Positions 42,084 through 51,513 of a stretch of DNA of 64,000 bases are shown here, piece by piece. Origin of the DNA: Polyangia bacterium. Its GTDB lineage: Bacteria > Myxococcota_A > Polyangia > Polyangiales > JAUICN01. The notes beneath the pieces are model-generated. The model saw nothing but the letters and a program-made list of their open reading frames with translations. It made no database searches and was not told the DNA's origin. The first letter of the stretch is position 1; every line of letters starts with the position of its first letter. The translations under genes and the position numbers were made by a program. The DNA lies in contig JAUICN010000003.1 of assembly GCA_030427835.1 (NCBI GenBank), positions 246,526-310,525 of the forward strand, in the 5' to 3' direction.

Positions 42084-43244
42084 ATGACCCGATCCACCCC
42101 CCTCATCGAAGAACACCGCCGTCTGGGCGCAAAACTGGTTCCCTTCGCGGGTTGGTCCATGCCCCTACAATACTCGGGTATCGTGGATGAACACCATGCC
42201 GTCCGTCAGCACGCCGGGCTCTTTGACGCCAGCCATATGGGCGAACTGGAAATCCATGGCCCCGGCGCTGAAACCTGCGTGGACGAACTGGTCACCAGCC
42301 GCATCTCCCCCGTGGTCCAGGACACCGAAAACGAAAAGATTCGACCCGGCCTTCCTGTAGGAAAAGGGCGGTACACCGTCGCCTGCAACACCCAGGGCGG
42401 CATCCTCGATGATCTACTGGTCTACCGACTCGCCCAGGAGCGCTTCCTCGTGGTGTGCAACGCTTCCAACCACGAAAAAATCCAGGCCCACCTCACCCAA
42501 CACGTGGCCCAGTACAGCAACGCCACCCTCACCGACCGCAGCGACGAACTGAGCCTCATCGCCCTACAGGGCCCGGCCGCCAGTTCCATTCTCTCCCGGA
42601 TCACCCCGGCCGCACCCACCACCCCCTTTCACATCCAACAGGCCCCCGACCTGGGTGAAGAAACCCTCGTGGCCCGCACCGGCTACACCGGAGAGGACGG
42701 GTTTGAGATCTTTTGCCGCAACACCGATGCCGTCCCCCTGTGGCAGAAGATCATGCAGGCGGGCAAGGAGTTGGGCATTCAACCCGCAGGGCTCGGAGCC
42801 CGAGATACCCTGCGGCTCGAGGCACGTCTGTCCCTCTACGGAAACGAACTCACCGAGCAAACCAACCCCCTGGAAGCCGGCCTCGGTTGGGTCGTCCACC
42901 TGCACAAGCCCGCCTTTGTGGGGCTGGACGCCCTGCGAAAAATCAAGGCAAGCATGACCCAGCCCTCCCAATCCACACGAACGTTGGTGGGCTTTGAAAT
43001 GACCGACCGCAACATTGCCCGCCATGGTCACGTCGTGGTGAACGCCCAGGGCCTAGAAGTGGGCGAAATCACCAGCGGCGCCCCTTCGCCCACCCTGGGC
43101 CGTGCCATCGGCCTTGCCTACGTGCCCTCCGAGTGGAAAGAAGTCGGCACCGCCTTTCAAATCAAGATCCGGCACAAGGTGGGAACCGCACGCGTGTGCG
43201 CCACCCCATTCTACAAACGCCCCGCCACCCTAGGGACCCCCTAG
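42084..43244 (+). CDS. gcvT: Glycine cleavage aminomethyltransferase T
   Basis: FAGWSMP, GLFDASHMG, RTGYTGEDGFE, GLGARDTLRLEA. Confidence 0.97.
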   Translation: MTRSTPLIEEHRRLGAKLVPFAGWSMPLQYSGIVDEHHAVRQHAGLFDASHMGELEIHGPGAETCVDELVTSRISPVVQDTENEKIRPGLPVGKGRYTVACNTQGGILDDLLVYRLAQERFLVVCNASNHEKIQAHLTQHVAQYSNATLTDRSDELSLIALQGPAASSILSRITPAAPTTPFHIQQAPDLGEETLVARTGYTGEDGFEIFCRNTDAVPLWQKIMQAGKELGIQPAGLGARDTLRLEARLSLYGNELTEQTNPLEAGLGWVVHLHKPAFVGLDALRKIKASMTQPSQSTRTLVGFEMTDRNIARHGHVVVNAQGLEVGEITSGAPSPTLGRAIGLAYVPSEWKEVGTAFQIKIRHKVGTARVCATPFYKRPATLGTP

Positions 43245-43280
43245 GCTCCCCATCGAGAACCCCAACCACGAGAAAGCAGC

Positions 43281-43673
43281 ATGGCCAACTACCCCAATGA
43301 AAACCTCTACACCCGTGACCACGAATGGGCCCGGGAGGAAAACGGCCTCGTACGGGTGGGCATCACCGCCTATGCGGTGGAACAACTGGGCGATGTGACC
43401 CTGGTGGACCTCCCAGCCGCAGGCACCGACGTGAAGGCCCACGACCGCTTTGGTGACGTGGAATCCGTCAAAACCGTAAGCGAGCTCTTCGCCCCCATCT
43501 CCGGCGAAATCGTGGAAGTCAACGACGCGTTGGAATCCAGCCCCGAACTCATCAACGAAGCTCCCTACGACACCGGTTGGCTCATCGTGGTGCGCCCGTC
43601 CGACCCTTCCGAGCTCAAACAGCTCATGGCCCCCGCTGCCTACGAAGAACACGTGGGCTCCCTGGACGGTTAG
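43281..43673 (+). CDS. gcvH: Glycine cleavage H protein
   Basis: HEW, VGITAYA, LGDV, lipoyl motif VESVK, PELIN. Confidence 0.97.
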   Translation: MANYPNENLYTRDHEWAREENGLVRVGITAYAVEQLGDVTLVDLPAAGTDVKAHDRFGDVESVKTVSELFAPISGEIVEVNDALESSPELINEAPYDTGWLIVVRPSDPSELKQLMAPAAYEEHVGSLDG

Positions 43674-43703
43674 TTTCCCCCATCAGTCAGGTCTGTACCC
43701 GCC

Positions 43704-45077
43704 ATGCGCTACCTCCCCCATACCGACGAAGAAATCGCAGCCATGTGTGCCGTCATCGGCACCCCCAACGTGGACGCCCTATTCGACAGCATTCCCGACC
43801 CGGTCCGACGCACCACGCCGCTCGACGTGGAGCCCGCCCTCGACGAGGTCAGCCTCATGGGGCACCTCAAGGATCTTGCCCACCGCAACGGTGCGGACAG
43901 CAACGGCGTCAACAGCAACCGGAGCTTCCTCGGCTACGGGTTCTACGACCACCACATCCCGCCCGCCGTGGATCAGTTGCTATTAAGAAGCGAGTTCTAC
44001 ACCGCCTACACGCCCTACCAGCCCGAGGTGGCCCAGGGAACGTTGCAGGCCATTTTTGAGTTCCAGACGGTGGTTTCCGAACTTCTCGGCCTCCCCGTCG
44101 CCAACGCCTCCATGTACGACGGCGCCAGCGGCCTGGCGGAAGCCCTGCTCATGGCCCGACGCATACAAAAACTGAAACGCCCCCGAATCCTGTTGAGCGA
44201 AGGCCTTCACCCCCACTACCGGGACGTGGCAAAAACCTACCTTTCCCGCCAGTCCAACTGCCAGATCGAATGGATCCCCCTGAACAGTGAGGGCACAACA
44301 GATCTGGGCGCGCTGCAAAAGGCACTCGGTCCCGACGTATCCTCGGTGGCCCTTGGTTATCCCAATTACCTGGGCAGCGTAGAACCCCTCGAGGCGGTCT
44401 GTCAGGCCTGCAACGCCCACGATGTCATGGTCATTTCCGCCACCTCGGAACCCTATGCCCTGGCCCTACTGAAATCCCCAGGCGCCTGCGGCGTGGACAT
44501 TGCCGTGGGCGAGGGGCAGGCCCTGGCCATCTCCCCTAGCTTTGGTGGCCCGGGTGTGGGCCTCTTTGCCGCAAAAACCGAATACCTGCGCCAACTGCCC
44601 GGCCGCCTCGTGGGTGCCACCCAGGACACCCGGGGGAACACAGGTTACGTACTGACCCTGTCCACCCGGGAACAACACATTCGCCGCGAACGGGCCACCT
44701 CCAATATCTGCACCAACCACGGACTTATCGCCCTTTCCATGGTCATTCGCACCACCATGCTTGGCAAAACAGGCTTCCAGAAAACCGCCCAGCTCTGCCT
44801 CAACAAGGCCCAGTATCTCAAAACCAACATCGCAGAACTGGAGGGTTTCCAGGTACCGTTCGGCGCGCCCACGTTCAACGAGTTTGCGGTCACCTGCGAC
44901 CGTCCCCTGGACACACTCACTCGAGCCACCCGGGAACAGGGATTCCAGGCAGGGTTTCCCACAAAAAGCCCCGACGGGAAAGACCTGTTGCTGCTCGCGG
45001 TGACCGAAAAACACACCCGCCAGGACCTGGACGACCTCACCCGGGCCCTCGCAGCCGCCCGCGACACAACGACCTAG
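43704..45077 (+). CDS. gcvPA: Glycine dehydrogenase subunit 1
   Basis: YTAYTPYQPE, NASMYDG, TREQHIRRERATSNICTN. Confidence 0.96.
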   Translation: MRYLPHTDEEIAAMCAVIGTPNVDALFDSIPDPVRRTTPLDVEPALDEVSLMGHLKDLAHRNGADSNGVNSNRSFLGYGFYDHHIPPAVDQLLLRSEFYTAYTPYQPEVAQGTLQAIFEFQTVVSELLGLPVANASMYDGASGLAEALLMARRIQKLKRPRILLSEGLHPHYRDVAKTYLSRQSNCQIEWIPLNSEGTTDLGALQKALGPDVSSVALGYPNYLGSVEPLEAVCQACNAHDVMVISATSEPYALALLKSPGACGVDIAVGEGQALAISPSFGGPGVGLFAAKTEYLRQLPGRLVGATQDTRGNTGYVLTLSTREQHIRRERATSNICTNHGLIALSMVIRTTMLGKTGFQKTAQLCLNKAQYLKTNIAELEGFQVPFGAPTFNEFAVTCDRPLDTLTRATREQGFQAGFPTKSPDGKDLLLLAVTEKHTRQDLDDLTRALAAARDTTT

Positions 45078-45182
45078 GGTCCGAAAGACGGGCGCCGAAG
45101 CGAACTCCGCAAGGAGGCGTTCGAGGCAGGCACATGGCCGCTCACATTGAATTGCCCACAGGCTCAGCTATCCATCCCAACC

Positions 45183-46742
45183 ATGGGCAACCAGTCCGAA
45201 CACCGCACCACCGTTGAGCTTGAAGACCGCAACCGAAGAGCCTTGCTCGGAGGTGGCGAAGCACGGGTCGCCCGCCAACACGAGGCGGGTAAAAAAACAG
45301 CCCGAGAACGCATTGAGCTACTGGTGGACCCAGGATCCTTTGTGGAGATGGACCGCCTGGTGACCCACCGCTGCACAGACTTCGGCATGGGAGAGCAAAA
45401 AATCCCGGGCGACGGCGTGGTCACGGGCTACGGAAAAGTGGAGGGGCGCCAAATCTTTCTCTTTGCCCAGGACTTCACGGTCTTCGGTGGATCCCTAAGC
45501 GCCTCCTACGCCAAGAAAATTTGCAAAATCATGGATCTGGCCATCAAGGTCGGAGCCCCCGTCGTCGGCCTCAATGACTCCGGAGGGGCTCGCATCCAGG
45601 AGGGTGTGGAATCCCTTGCGGGATACGCCGATATCTTCCTGCGCAACACCATGGCCTCCGGCGTGGTACCCCAAATCAGCGCCATCATGGGCCCCTGCGC
45701 CGGGGGAGCCGTCTACAGCCCGGCCATCACCGACCTCATTTTCATGGTGGAGCAATCCTCCTACATGTTCATCACCGGCCCTGAGGTCATCCGCACGGTC
45801 ACCCATGAGGAAGTCACCAAGGAAGACCTGGGCGGAGCCCGATCCCACAATACCCGCAGCGGCGTCGCCCATTTCTCAGTGGAATCCGACGAACAGTGCC
45901 TGCAACAGATCCGGACACTGCTGAAGTACCTGCCCTCCAACAACCAGGAGGATCCCCCCACGGCCCCCTGCAGCCAACCCGTGGACGCCGAAGATCCAGA
46001 ACTGGACGACCTCGTTCCCCACGACCCCATGAAACCCTACGACATCCGCGCCCTCATCGGCCGGGTGATCGACCAGGATTCTTTTTTTGAAGTCCACCAA
46101 CACTACGCCCCCAACATTGTCGTGGGCTTTGCCCATATGGGGGGCCGTTCGGTCGGAATTGTGGCCAACCAACCCATGGTGCTGGCAGGCTGCCTCGACC
46201 TCAACGCCTCGGTGAAAGCCGCACGCTTCGTACGTTTCTGCGATTGCTTCAACATCCCCATCGTCACCTTCGTGGACGTGCCAGGCTTCTTGCCCGGCAC
46301 CGATCAGGAATACCGCGGCATCATTCGCCATGGTGCCAAACTGTTGTACGCCTACTGCGAAGCCACCGTGCCTAAAATCACCATCATCGCGCGCAAGGCC
46401 TATGGCGGTGCCTACGATGTCATGAGCTCCAAGCACATTCGTGGCGACGTGAGCCTTGCCTACCCCACCGCTGAAATTGCGGTCATGGGCCCCGAGGGCG
46501 CCGTGAATATCGTGTACCGAAAAGAGATCGAAGCAGCAGAGGATCAGGAGGCCGCACGCAAACAATTCATCGACGAATACCGCCGCACCTTCGCAAACCC
46601 GTTTAAGGCCGCCGAACTCGGCTTTGTGGATGAAGTCATCCAGCCACGCATGACACGCAAACGCATCTGCCGTGCCCTCGACATGCTGAAAAACAAGCGG
46701 GACACCAACCCTCCCCGCAAGCACGGAAACCTGCCCCTGTAG
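45183..46742 (+). CDS. pccB: Acyl-CoA (propionyl-CoA-type) carboxylase carboxyltransferase subunit
   Basis: [47 protein letters not shown]. Confidence 0.93.
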   Translation: MGNQSEHRTTVELEDRNRRALLGGGEARVARQHEAGKKTARERIELLVDPGSFVEMDRLVTHRCTDFGMGEQKIPGDGVVTGYGKVEGRQIFLFAQDFTVFGGSLSASYAKKICKIMDLAIKVGAPVVGLNDSGGARIQEGVESLAGYADIFLRNTMASGVVPQISAIMGPCAGGAVYSPAITDLIFMVEQSSYMFITGPEVIRTVTHEEVTKEDLGGARSHNTRSGVAHFSVESDEQCLQQIRTLLKYLPSNNQEDPPTAPCSQPVDAEDPELDDLVPHDPMKPYDIRALIGRVIDQDSFFEVHQHYAPNIVVGFAHMGGRSVGIVANQPMVLAGCLDLNASVKAARFVRFCDCFNIPIVTFVDVPGFLPGTDQEYRGIIRHGAKLLYAYCEATVPKITIIARKAYGGAYDVMSSKHIRGDVSLAYPTAEIAVMGPEGAVNIVYRKEIEAAEDQEAARKQFIDEYRRTFANPFKAAELGFVDEVIQPRMTRKRICRALDMLKNKRDTNPPRKHGNLPL

Positions 46743-46770
46743 CAGGTAGCCCACCCCACTCAAACACCCC

Positions 46771-48501
46771 GTGTCCGACGCCACACACACCTCCCCCGCC
46801 ACAGAATCCTCGGACAGCGATCCATTGGTGGGCCGGGTGCTGGCGGACCGATACCGCGTTCTACGTGTCCTCGGCGAAGGTGGAATGGGCCGCGTGTATT
46901 TAGCGGAGCAAAAAATGGGCACGGCCTCCCGGCAGGTGGCCATCAAGACCCTCCATCCGGATCTCACCAAGGATCCGGAACTCACCGCGCGATTCTACCG
47001 CGAGAGCGAAACGGTCATCGCGCTCAAGCACCCCAACACCATTCACTTCTACGACTTCGGCGAACTGGAGGACCACACCCTCTACATCGTCATGGAATAC
47101 ATTGATGGCACGCCGCTCGCCGACGTGCTCGAGCAGGGCCCCATGGCCCTGGAGCGCATCGATCGGCTGCTGATCCAGATCACCGGTTCCCTCCAGGAAG
47201 CCCACCAACTCGGCATCATCCACAGGGATCTCAAGCCCGACAACATCCTCCTGTCGGAACGGGCCGGCCACCAGGACTTTGCCAAGGTCCTGGACTTTGG
47301 CATTGCAAAGAAAAGTGGCCCCGACGACATGCAGACCTCCAAGCTTACCCAGAAGGGAACCGTGCTTGGAACCCCCCCCTACATGAGCCCGGAGCAGTTC
47401 AGCGGCCTCGAGCTCGACCCAGGATCGGACATCTACTCCCTCGGCGTCATGGTCTACGAGATGCTCACCGGGCGGCTGCCCTTTGAGGCCAACACACCCT
47501 GGGAATGGGCCACACGCCACCTCACGGCAGATCCCGATCCACTACCGGAATCCGTTCCTGCCACAAAGGCCCAGTCGGTCATGCGCGCCCTGGCAAAGGA
47601 GCGCACGGATCGACCAGAGTCCGTGGTGGACTTCATGCGTGAGTTCACGGGCCACGAGGACCCCCAACAGGCCTGGACCTGGACCACCACCCCAAACACA
47701 GAAACCAACGACACAAATACGGGAACGCCTGGGGCAAGCAACCCCTCCTGGACCGGGATCCAGGACGCCGCTTCCCCAGCCTCACACACCACATCGGTAC
47801 GCCTGCCGGGCCTCCGTTCCGGATCGGGAAAACGCACCCGCGCCCTCGCCCTATTCGTCACCCTGGGTGCGCTTCTAGGAGCCACCGCCTGGTACCTCAG
47901 CAAGGATGGGGGCCAGACCCACCAAGAGCATTCCACACCTTTGCACACCACAGGGGCCCTCCCCGTTTCCGATCCCGCCACACCCAAAGCCAACGCCGAA
48001 AAAACAGCGCCTTCCACACCCGTCCCCCCATCCACCGCCCCAGTCATGCCCGAAATCGAAAACGAGGGCGAGGGCCAAGCTGTATCGGGGGCCGATGCGC
48101 CCACCCCCGTTCGAACCACACGTACGCGGCGCACCCCACGGCCCACACCCAAGCGTCCTTCCCAGGCCACCGACAACACCAGGACACAGGATCCGCCCCC
48201 ACAAACCACCACCGCCGACCCCATGGAAAGGTGGGTCACTGCCGCCAACCGGGCACTGCAGCTCAACAACTTTGAAGCCGCAGCCCAGGCGCTCGCAAGC
48301 GCTGGACCCACGGGAAGATCCCATCCAGGAATCACGACCGCGCGCAACCAACTTGCCAAAAAAGGAGCACAACGGGTCGGGGGGCTCATGTTGCGCGGCG
48401 ACTGCCCAGGAGCACAGGCCCTGTACCGTACCCTTGCCCTTGCAAACGCAGCCGCATTGGCACGCAGCCATTTCACGGGCGACTGGTGCCCACGGCCCTA
48501 A
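46771..48501 (+). CDS. Hanks-type Ser/Thr protein kinase with TM and helical C-terminal domain
   Basis: GEGGMG, VAIK, HRDLKPDN, DFG, GTPPYMSPE. Confidence 0.95.
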   Translation: MSDATHTSPATESSDSDPLVGRVLADRYRVLRVLGEGGMGRVYLAEQKMGTASRQVAIKTLHPDLTKDPELTARFYRESETVIALKHPNTIHFYDFGELEDHTLYIVMEYIDGTPLADVLEQGPMALERIDRLLIQITGSLQEAHQLGIIHRDLKPDNILLSERAGHQDFAKVLDFGIAKKSGPDDMQTSKLTQKGTVLGTPPYMSPEQFSGLELDPGSDIYSLGVMVYEMLTGRLPFEANTPWEWATRHLTADPDPLPESVPATKAQSVMRALAKERTDRPESVVDFMREFTGHEDPQQAWTWTTTPNTETNDTNTGTPGASNPSWTGIQDAASPASHTTSVRLPGLRSGSGKRTRALALFVTLGALLGATAWYLSKDGGQTHQEHSTPLHTTGALPVSDPATPKANAEKTAPSTPVPPSTAPVMPEIENEGEGQAVSGADAPTPVRTTRTRRTPRPTPKRPSQATDNTRTQDPPPQTTTADPMERWVTAANRALQLNNFEAAAQALASAGPTGRSHPGITTARNQLAKKGAQRVGGLMLRGDCPGAQALYRTLALANAAALARSHFTGDWCPRP

Positions 48502-48519
48502 GCCGCTACGCGATCTAGG

Positions 48520-49173
48520 CTACAGGTCCATACCTTCCAGGGGATCTCCCCGCCCGTCCCAATCCCTGCTTCCCCTAGGCTCTCCCCGGTCGGATCCAGA
48601 TTCATGGGGACTAGATTCGGAATCGTCGATTCCATGGGCCTCCGTATCCGGATCCAACCCAGGACGATCCTGATCCACCGCGTCCACGGCGTCTGCCGCA
48701 CCACTCTGTTGTACGGATCGCCGGGCCACCGCTCCCTTCAACCGGTAGGCGACCCACTCTCCCGAGCCCCGTTCGTTGTCACCGAGCCCCCACTCGCCCC
48801 GAATCCGATCCCGCTCCCCATCACCGTGGAGCAGCTGAAAATAACCGCGTCCACGGGTTTCGTTGGGCTTACCGCGCACGAGCTCCCGTCGCTCCGTCCA
48901 CCCGTACACCATCAAGTCACCGTCGACGGATCCTTGCACACGTCCTGAGCGTTCATCCTTGGAGTAGTAGCCCACCACCGAGCTACCATGCTGCTCGAGA
49001 ACCAGTTCTCCGTACTGATCAGAAAACCAGGTTCCGGAATAGGTGATCCCCGCCGGCAGTGGCCTTGGGTCCACCTTCACCTTCTGGGGAGTCGACCCAC
49101 ACGCGCAGGCCCCGGCCAGCATCACTCCTAGAATTCCCCTGGGCAGCACGCCCTGGAAAAGATCTAGGAACAC
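48520..49173 (-). CDS. Putative lipoprotein with small beta-strand domain and acidic tail
   Basis: Hydrophobic stretch ending LAGACAC (lipobox-like), then YSGTWFSDQYGELVLEQ...GEW strands. Start uncertain. Confidence 0.65.
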   Translation of the reverse strand: MFLDLFQGVLPRGILGVMLAGACACGSTPQKVKVDPRPLPAGITYSGTWFSDQYGELVLEQHGSSVVGYYSKDERSGRVQGSVDGDLMVYGWTERRELVRGKPNETRGRGYFQLLHGDGERDRIRGEWGLGDNERGSGEWVAYRLKGAVARRSVQQSGAADAVDAVDQDRPGLDPDTEAHGIDDSESSPHESGSDRGEPRGSRDWDGRGDPLEGMDL

Positions 49174-49386
49174 CCCCCTGGGAGTGGAAGACACCTCTCG
49201 AGCCCGTCGAATCTGACCATGCATACCCAGGCGTTTACCACATCGGCGGTCCAGTTTTTCAATCTCCCTGATTTTCATGCCCGAATGGGGACAAATCTGG
49301 TGTACATTGTTCCTCGGATCAATACCCACACCCGGGACCCATGTTTCTGTGGATCCCCATCCCCCCTTGTTATCTTTGGAGAACCG

Positions 49387-49869
49387 ATGCCGGATCCCCA
49401 GCTAGTCATGCACGAAAAAGAGTTCCACCAAATTCAGGCGGTGGTGGATCGTCTCGTGCGAGACGCCAATGCCCAGGTCGTGTTCATCGTGGACAAGAAC
49501 GGCCAACTGATCGCCGCCGCCGGTCAAAGCGACCAACTGGACACCACATCTCTCGCATCCCTCACCGCAGGCAATATCGCGGCTACCGGTGGCATTGCAA
49601 AACTGCTCCGAGAAAACGAATTCAGTACCCAGTTTCACGAGGGGGAACGCGCCAACATCCACATCCAGCTCGTGGGCAAGCGTGTCATTCTGGTCGTCAT
49701 TTTTGACAACAAAACCAGTCTTGGTCTGGTTCGCCTCCGGGTAAAAAAATCCACCGAAGAACTGGACCGCGTATTTGAGGTACTCATCGCAAAATCCCAG
49801 GAACCAGGGCAACAAACACCCCTGGCGGAAATCACTGACGATGACATCGACAATTTGTTCAACGACTAA
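49387..49869 (+). CDS. mglB: MglB roadblock-domain GTPase-activating protein
   Basis: VDKNGQLIA, DTTSLASLTAGNIAATGG, SLGLVRLRVKK, EITDDDIDNLF. Confidence 0.97.
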   Translation: MPDPQLVMHEKEFHQIQAVVDRLVRDANAQVVFIVDKNGQLIAAAGQSDQLDTTSLASLTAGNIAATGGIAKLLRENEFSTQFHEGERANIHIQLVGKRVILVVIFDNKTSLGLVRLRVKKSTEELDRVFEVLIAKSQEPGQQTPLAEITDDDIDNLFND

Positions 49870-49903
49870 CCCAACACAGCGTGACACCCATTAGGCCCAT
49901 CCC

Positions 49904-50503
49904 ATGAGTTTCATCAACTACCTCTCCCGGGAAATCAACTGCAAGATCGTCTACTACGGTCCGGGCCTGTGCGGCAAAACCACCAACCTGCAGTACATCT
50001 ATTCCAAGACCAATCCCGACGCGAAGGGCAAGATGATCAGCCTCGCCACGGAAACGGAACGCACCCTGTTTTTCGATTTCCTTCCCCTTGCATTGGGCGA
50101 GATTCGTGGGTTCAAAACCCGTTTTCACCTCTACACCGTTCCAGGGCAGGTCTTCTACGACGCGAGTCGAAAGCTCATCCTCAAGGGTGTGGATGGCGTC
50201 GTGTTCGTCGCCGATTCCCAGGTCGCCCGCATGGAAGCCAACATGGAGTCCCTCGATAACCTGCGTACCAACCTGGCCGAACAGGGGTACTCCTTGGACA
50301 AGGTTCCCTTTGTCATGCAGTACAACAAACGGGACATGCCCAACATCGCGTCCATGGAAGAACTCCGATCCGTACTGAACCCCAACGGCGCGCCCGAGTT
50401 TGAGGCCATGGCCACCACCGGCACCGGCGTGTTCGACACCCTGAAGTCAGTCGCCAAGCTCGTACTCACCGAACTGAAGCGCAGCTCCGGTCAAACGGGC
50501 TAA
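49904..50503 (+). CDS. mglA: MglA small Ras-like GTPase
   Basis: [34 protein letters not shown]. Confidence 0.98.
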   Translation: MSFINYLSREINCKIVYYGPGLCGKTTNLQYIYSKTNPDAKGKMISLATETERTLFFDFLPLALGEIRGFKTRFHLYTVPGQVFYDASRKLILKGVDGVVFVADSQVARMEANMESLDNLRTNLAEQGYSLDKVPFVMQYNKRDMPNIASMEELRSVLNPNGAPEFEAMATTGTGVFDTLKSVAKLVLTELKRSSGQTG

Positions 50504-50508
50504 ACACC

Positions 50509-51426
50509 CTAACGATCTCGAGTAAAACAGCGCTCGTCCACGCCAAGCTTCTGTCGAAGGGCCCCCGTGGCACCCACAAAAGATCGCGTCTTCGGGTCAT
50601 GGTACCCGCTCACCGACGCCAGATACCTATCTTGGGCCTGGTAAAACCGATTCTGGCGCAACATCCACAGTTCACGCACGTACTTGCCGACCATGGAGGC
50701 CAGGGACACCAGCACATGACGGTTGTCCGCCCCCACTTCGAAATGAACCTGACCCACCTCCGGAACCCGGTAGTGGCGTACTCCCTTTTTTGCGCGCAAC
50801 AACACCATGTCCTGGGCAGACCACCGCTGCACAAACTTCGGGTAGTCCCGAATTCCCCCCACCATTCCGCAATCCGCCATCACATCATCCCCCGCTCGCC
50901 CCCGCAGTCGAAGCAACACGTGCTCAAAAAGAGAAAGGTGCACCGTAGATTTCTTCTGGGTCCCTAACGCGTCGTTCAGGGAACGGGCGCAGTGCAAGGA
51001 CATCTCCACGCCTCGCACGTGCACTTCACGTTGGGCAAGCCAATCCAGGGCCGCCCTGCCCTTGGACACATCCCCCCCGAACACCGGAAGCGCCAACCGA
51101 TGTTGCCAGCACTGGGCCCTCGATCCCGAGGGACAACGTTGTTGAAAACGGGAAACGTCCATCAACGCCTCCATCACCTGCTCCCCAACGGTGGGCACCT
51201 GACCTTCGCAACGTTCAAACACCGCGAGGGCCATGGATTCCATGGAAGCCAGCCTCCCAAACCCGCCAGCCACTTTGCTGTCCACAATCCCCCGATGGGC
51301 GCTACCCCTACGGACCCGCGCCAACCGGCCCGGGGGCGCATCGGCAAGTACCCCCGTCACCACCAGCGGCCCCAGCAGGGGCCCCAATCCGTTCTCATCT
51401 ACCCCAGCAAACCACACCACCCCCAC
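50509..51426 (-). CDS. Atypical RNase HII-fold protein
   Basis: AGVDENGLGPLLGPLVV, DSK, GAD...VSLASMVGK, SGY. Confidence 0.75.
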   Translation of the reverse strand: MGVVWFAGVDENGLGPLLGPLVVTGVLADAPPGRLARVRRGSAHRGIVDSKVAGGFGRLASMESMALAVFERCEGQVPTVGEQVMEALMDVSRFQQRCPSGSRAQCWQHRLALPVFGGDVSKGRAALDWLAQREVHVRGVEMSLHCARSLNDALGTQKKSTVHLSLFEHVLLRLRGRAGDDVMADCGMVGGIRDYPKFVQRWSAQDMVLLRAKKGVRHYRVPEVGQVHFEVGADNRHVLVSLASMVGKYVRELWMLRQNRFYQAQDRYLASVSGYHDPKTRSFVGATGALRQKLGVDERCFTRDR

Positions 51427-51513
51427 GCCCTACCGGACCCCCCGAGCTTTGTCACGCAGGGTTTTACCCGCGGGGTTTGTCACGCGGCACGACGTCCCCC
51501 ATGGTATCGGTCC

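Noticed and set aside
50992-51513. N-terminal extension of the rhomboid ORF (likewise 53597-53860 for purF and 60371-60625 for Cys-rich paralog 1)
   Set aside because: These overlap better-supported genes and have no family motifs; downstream starts fit better.
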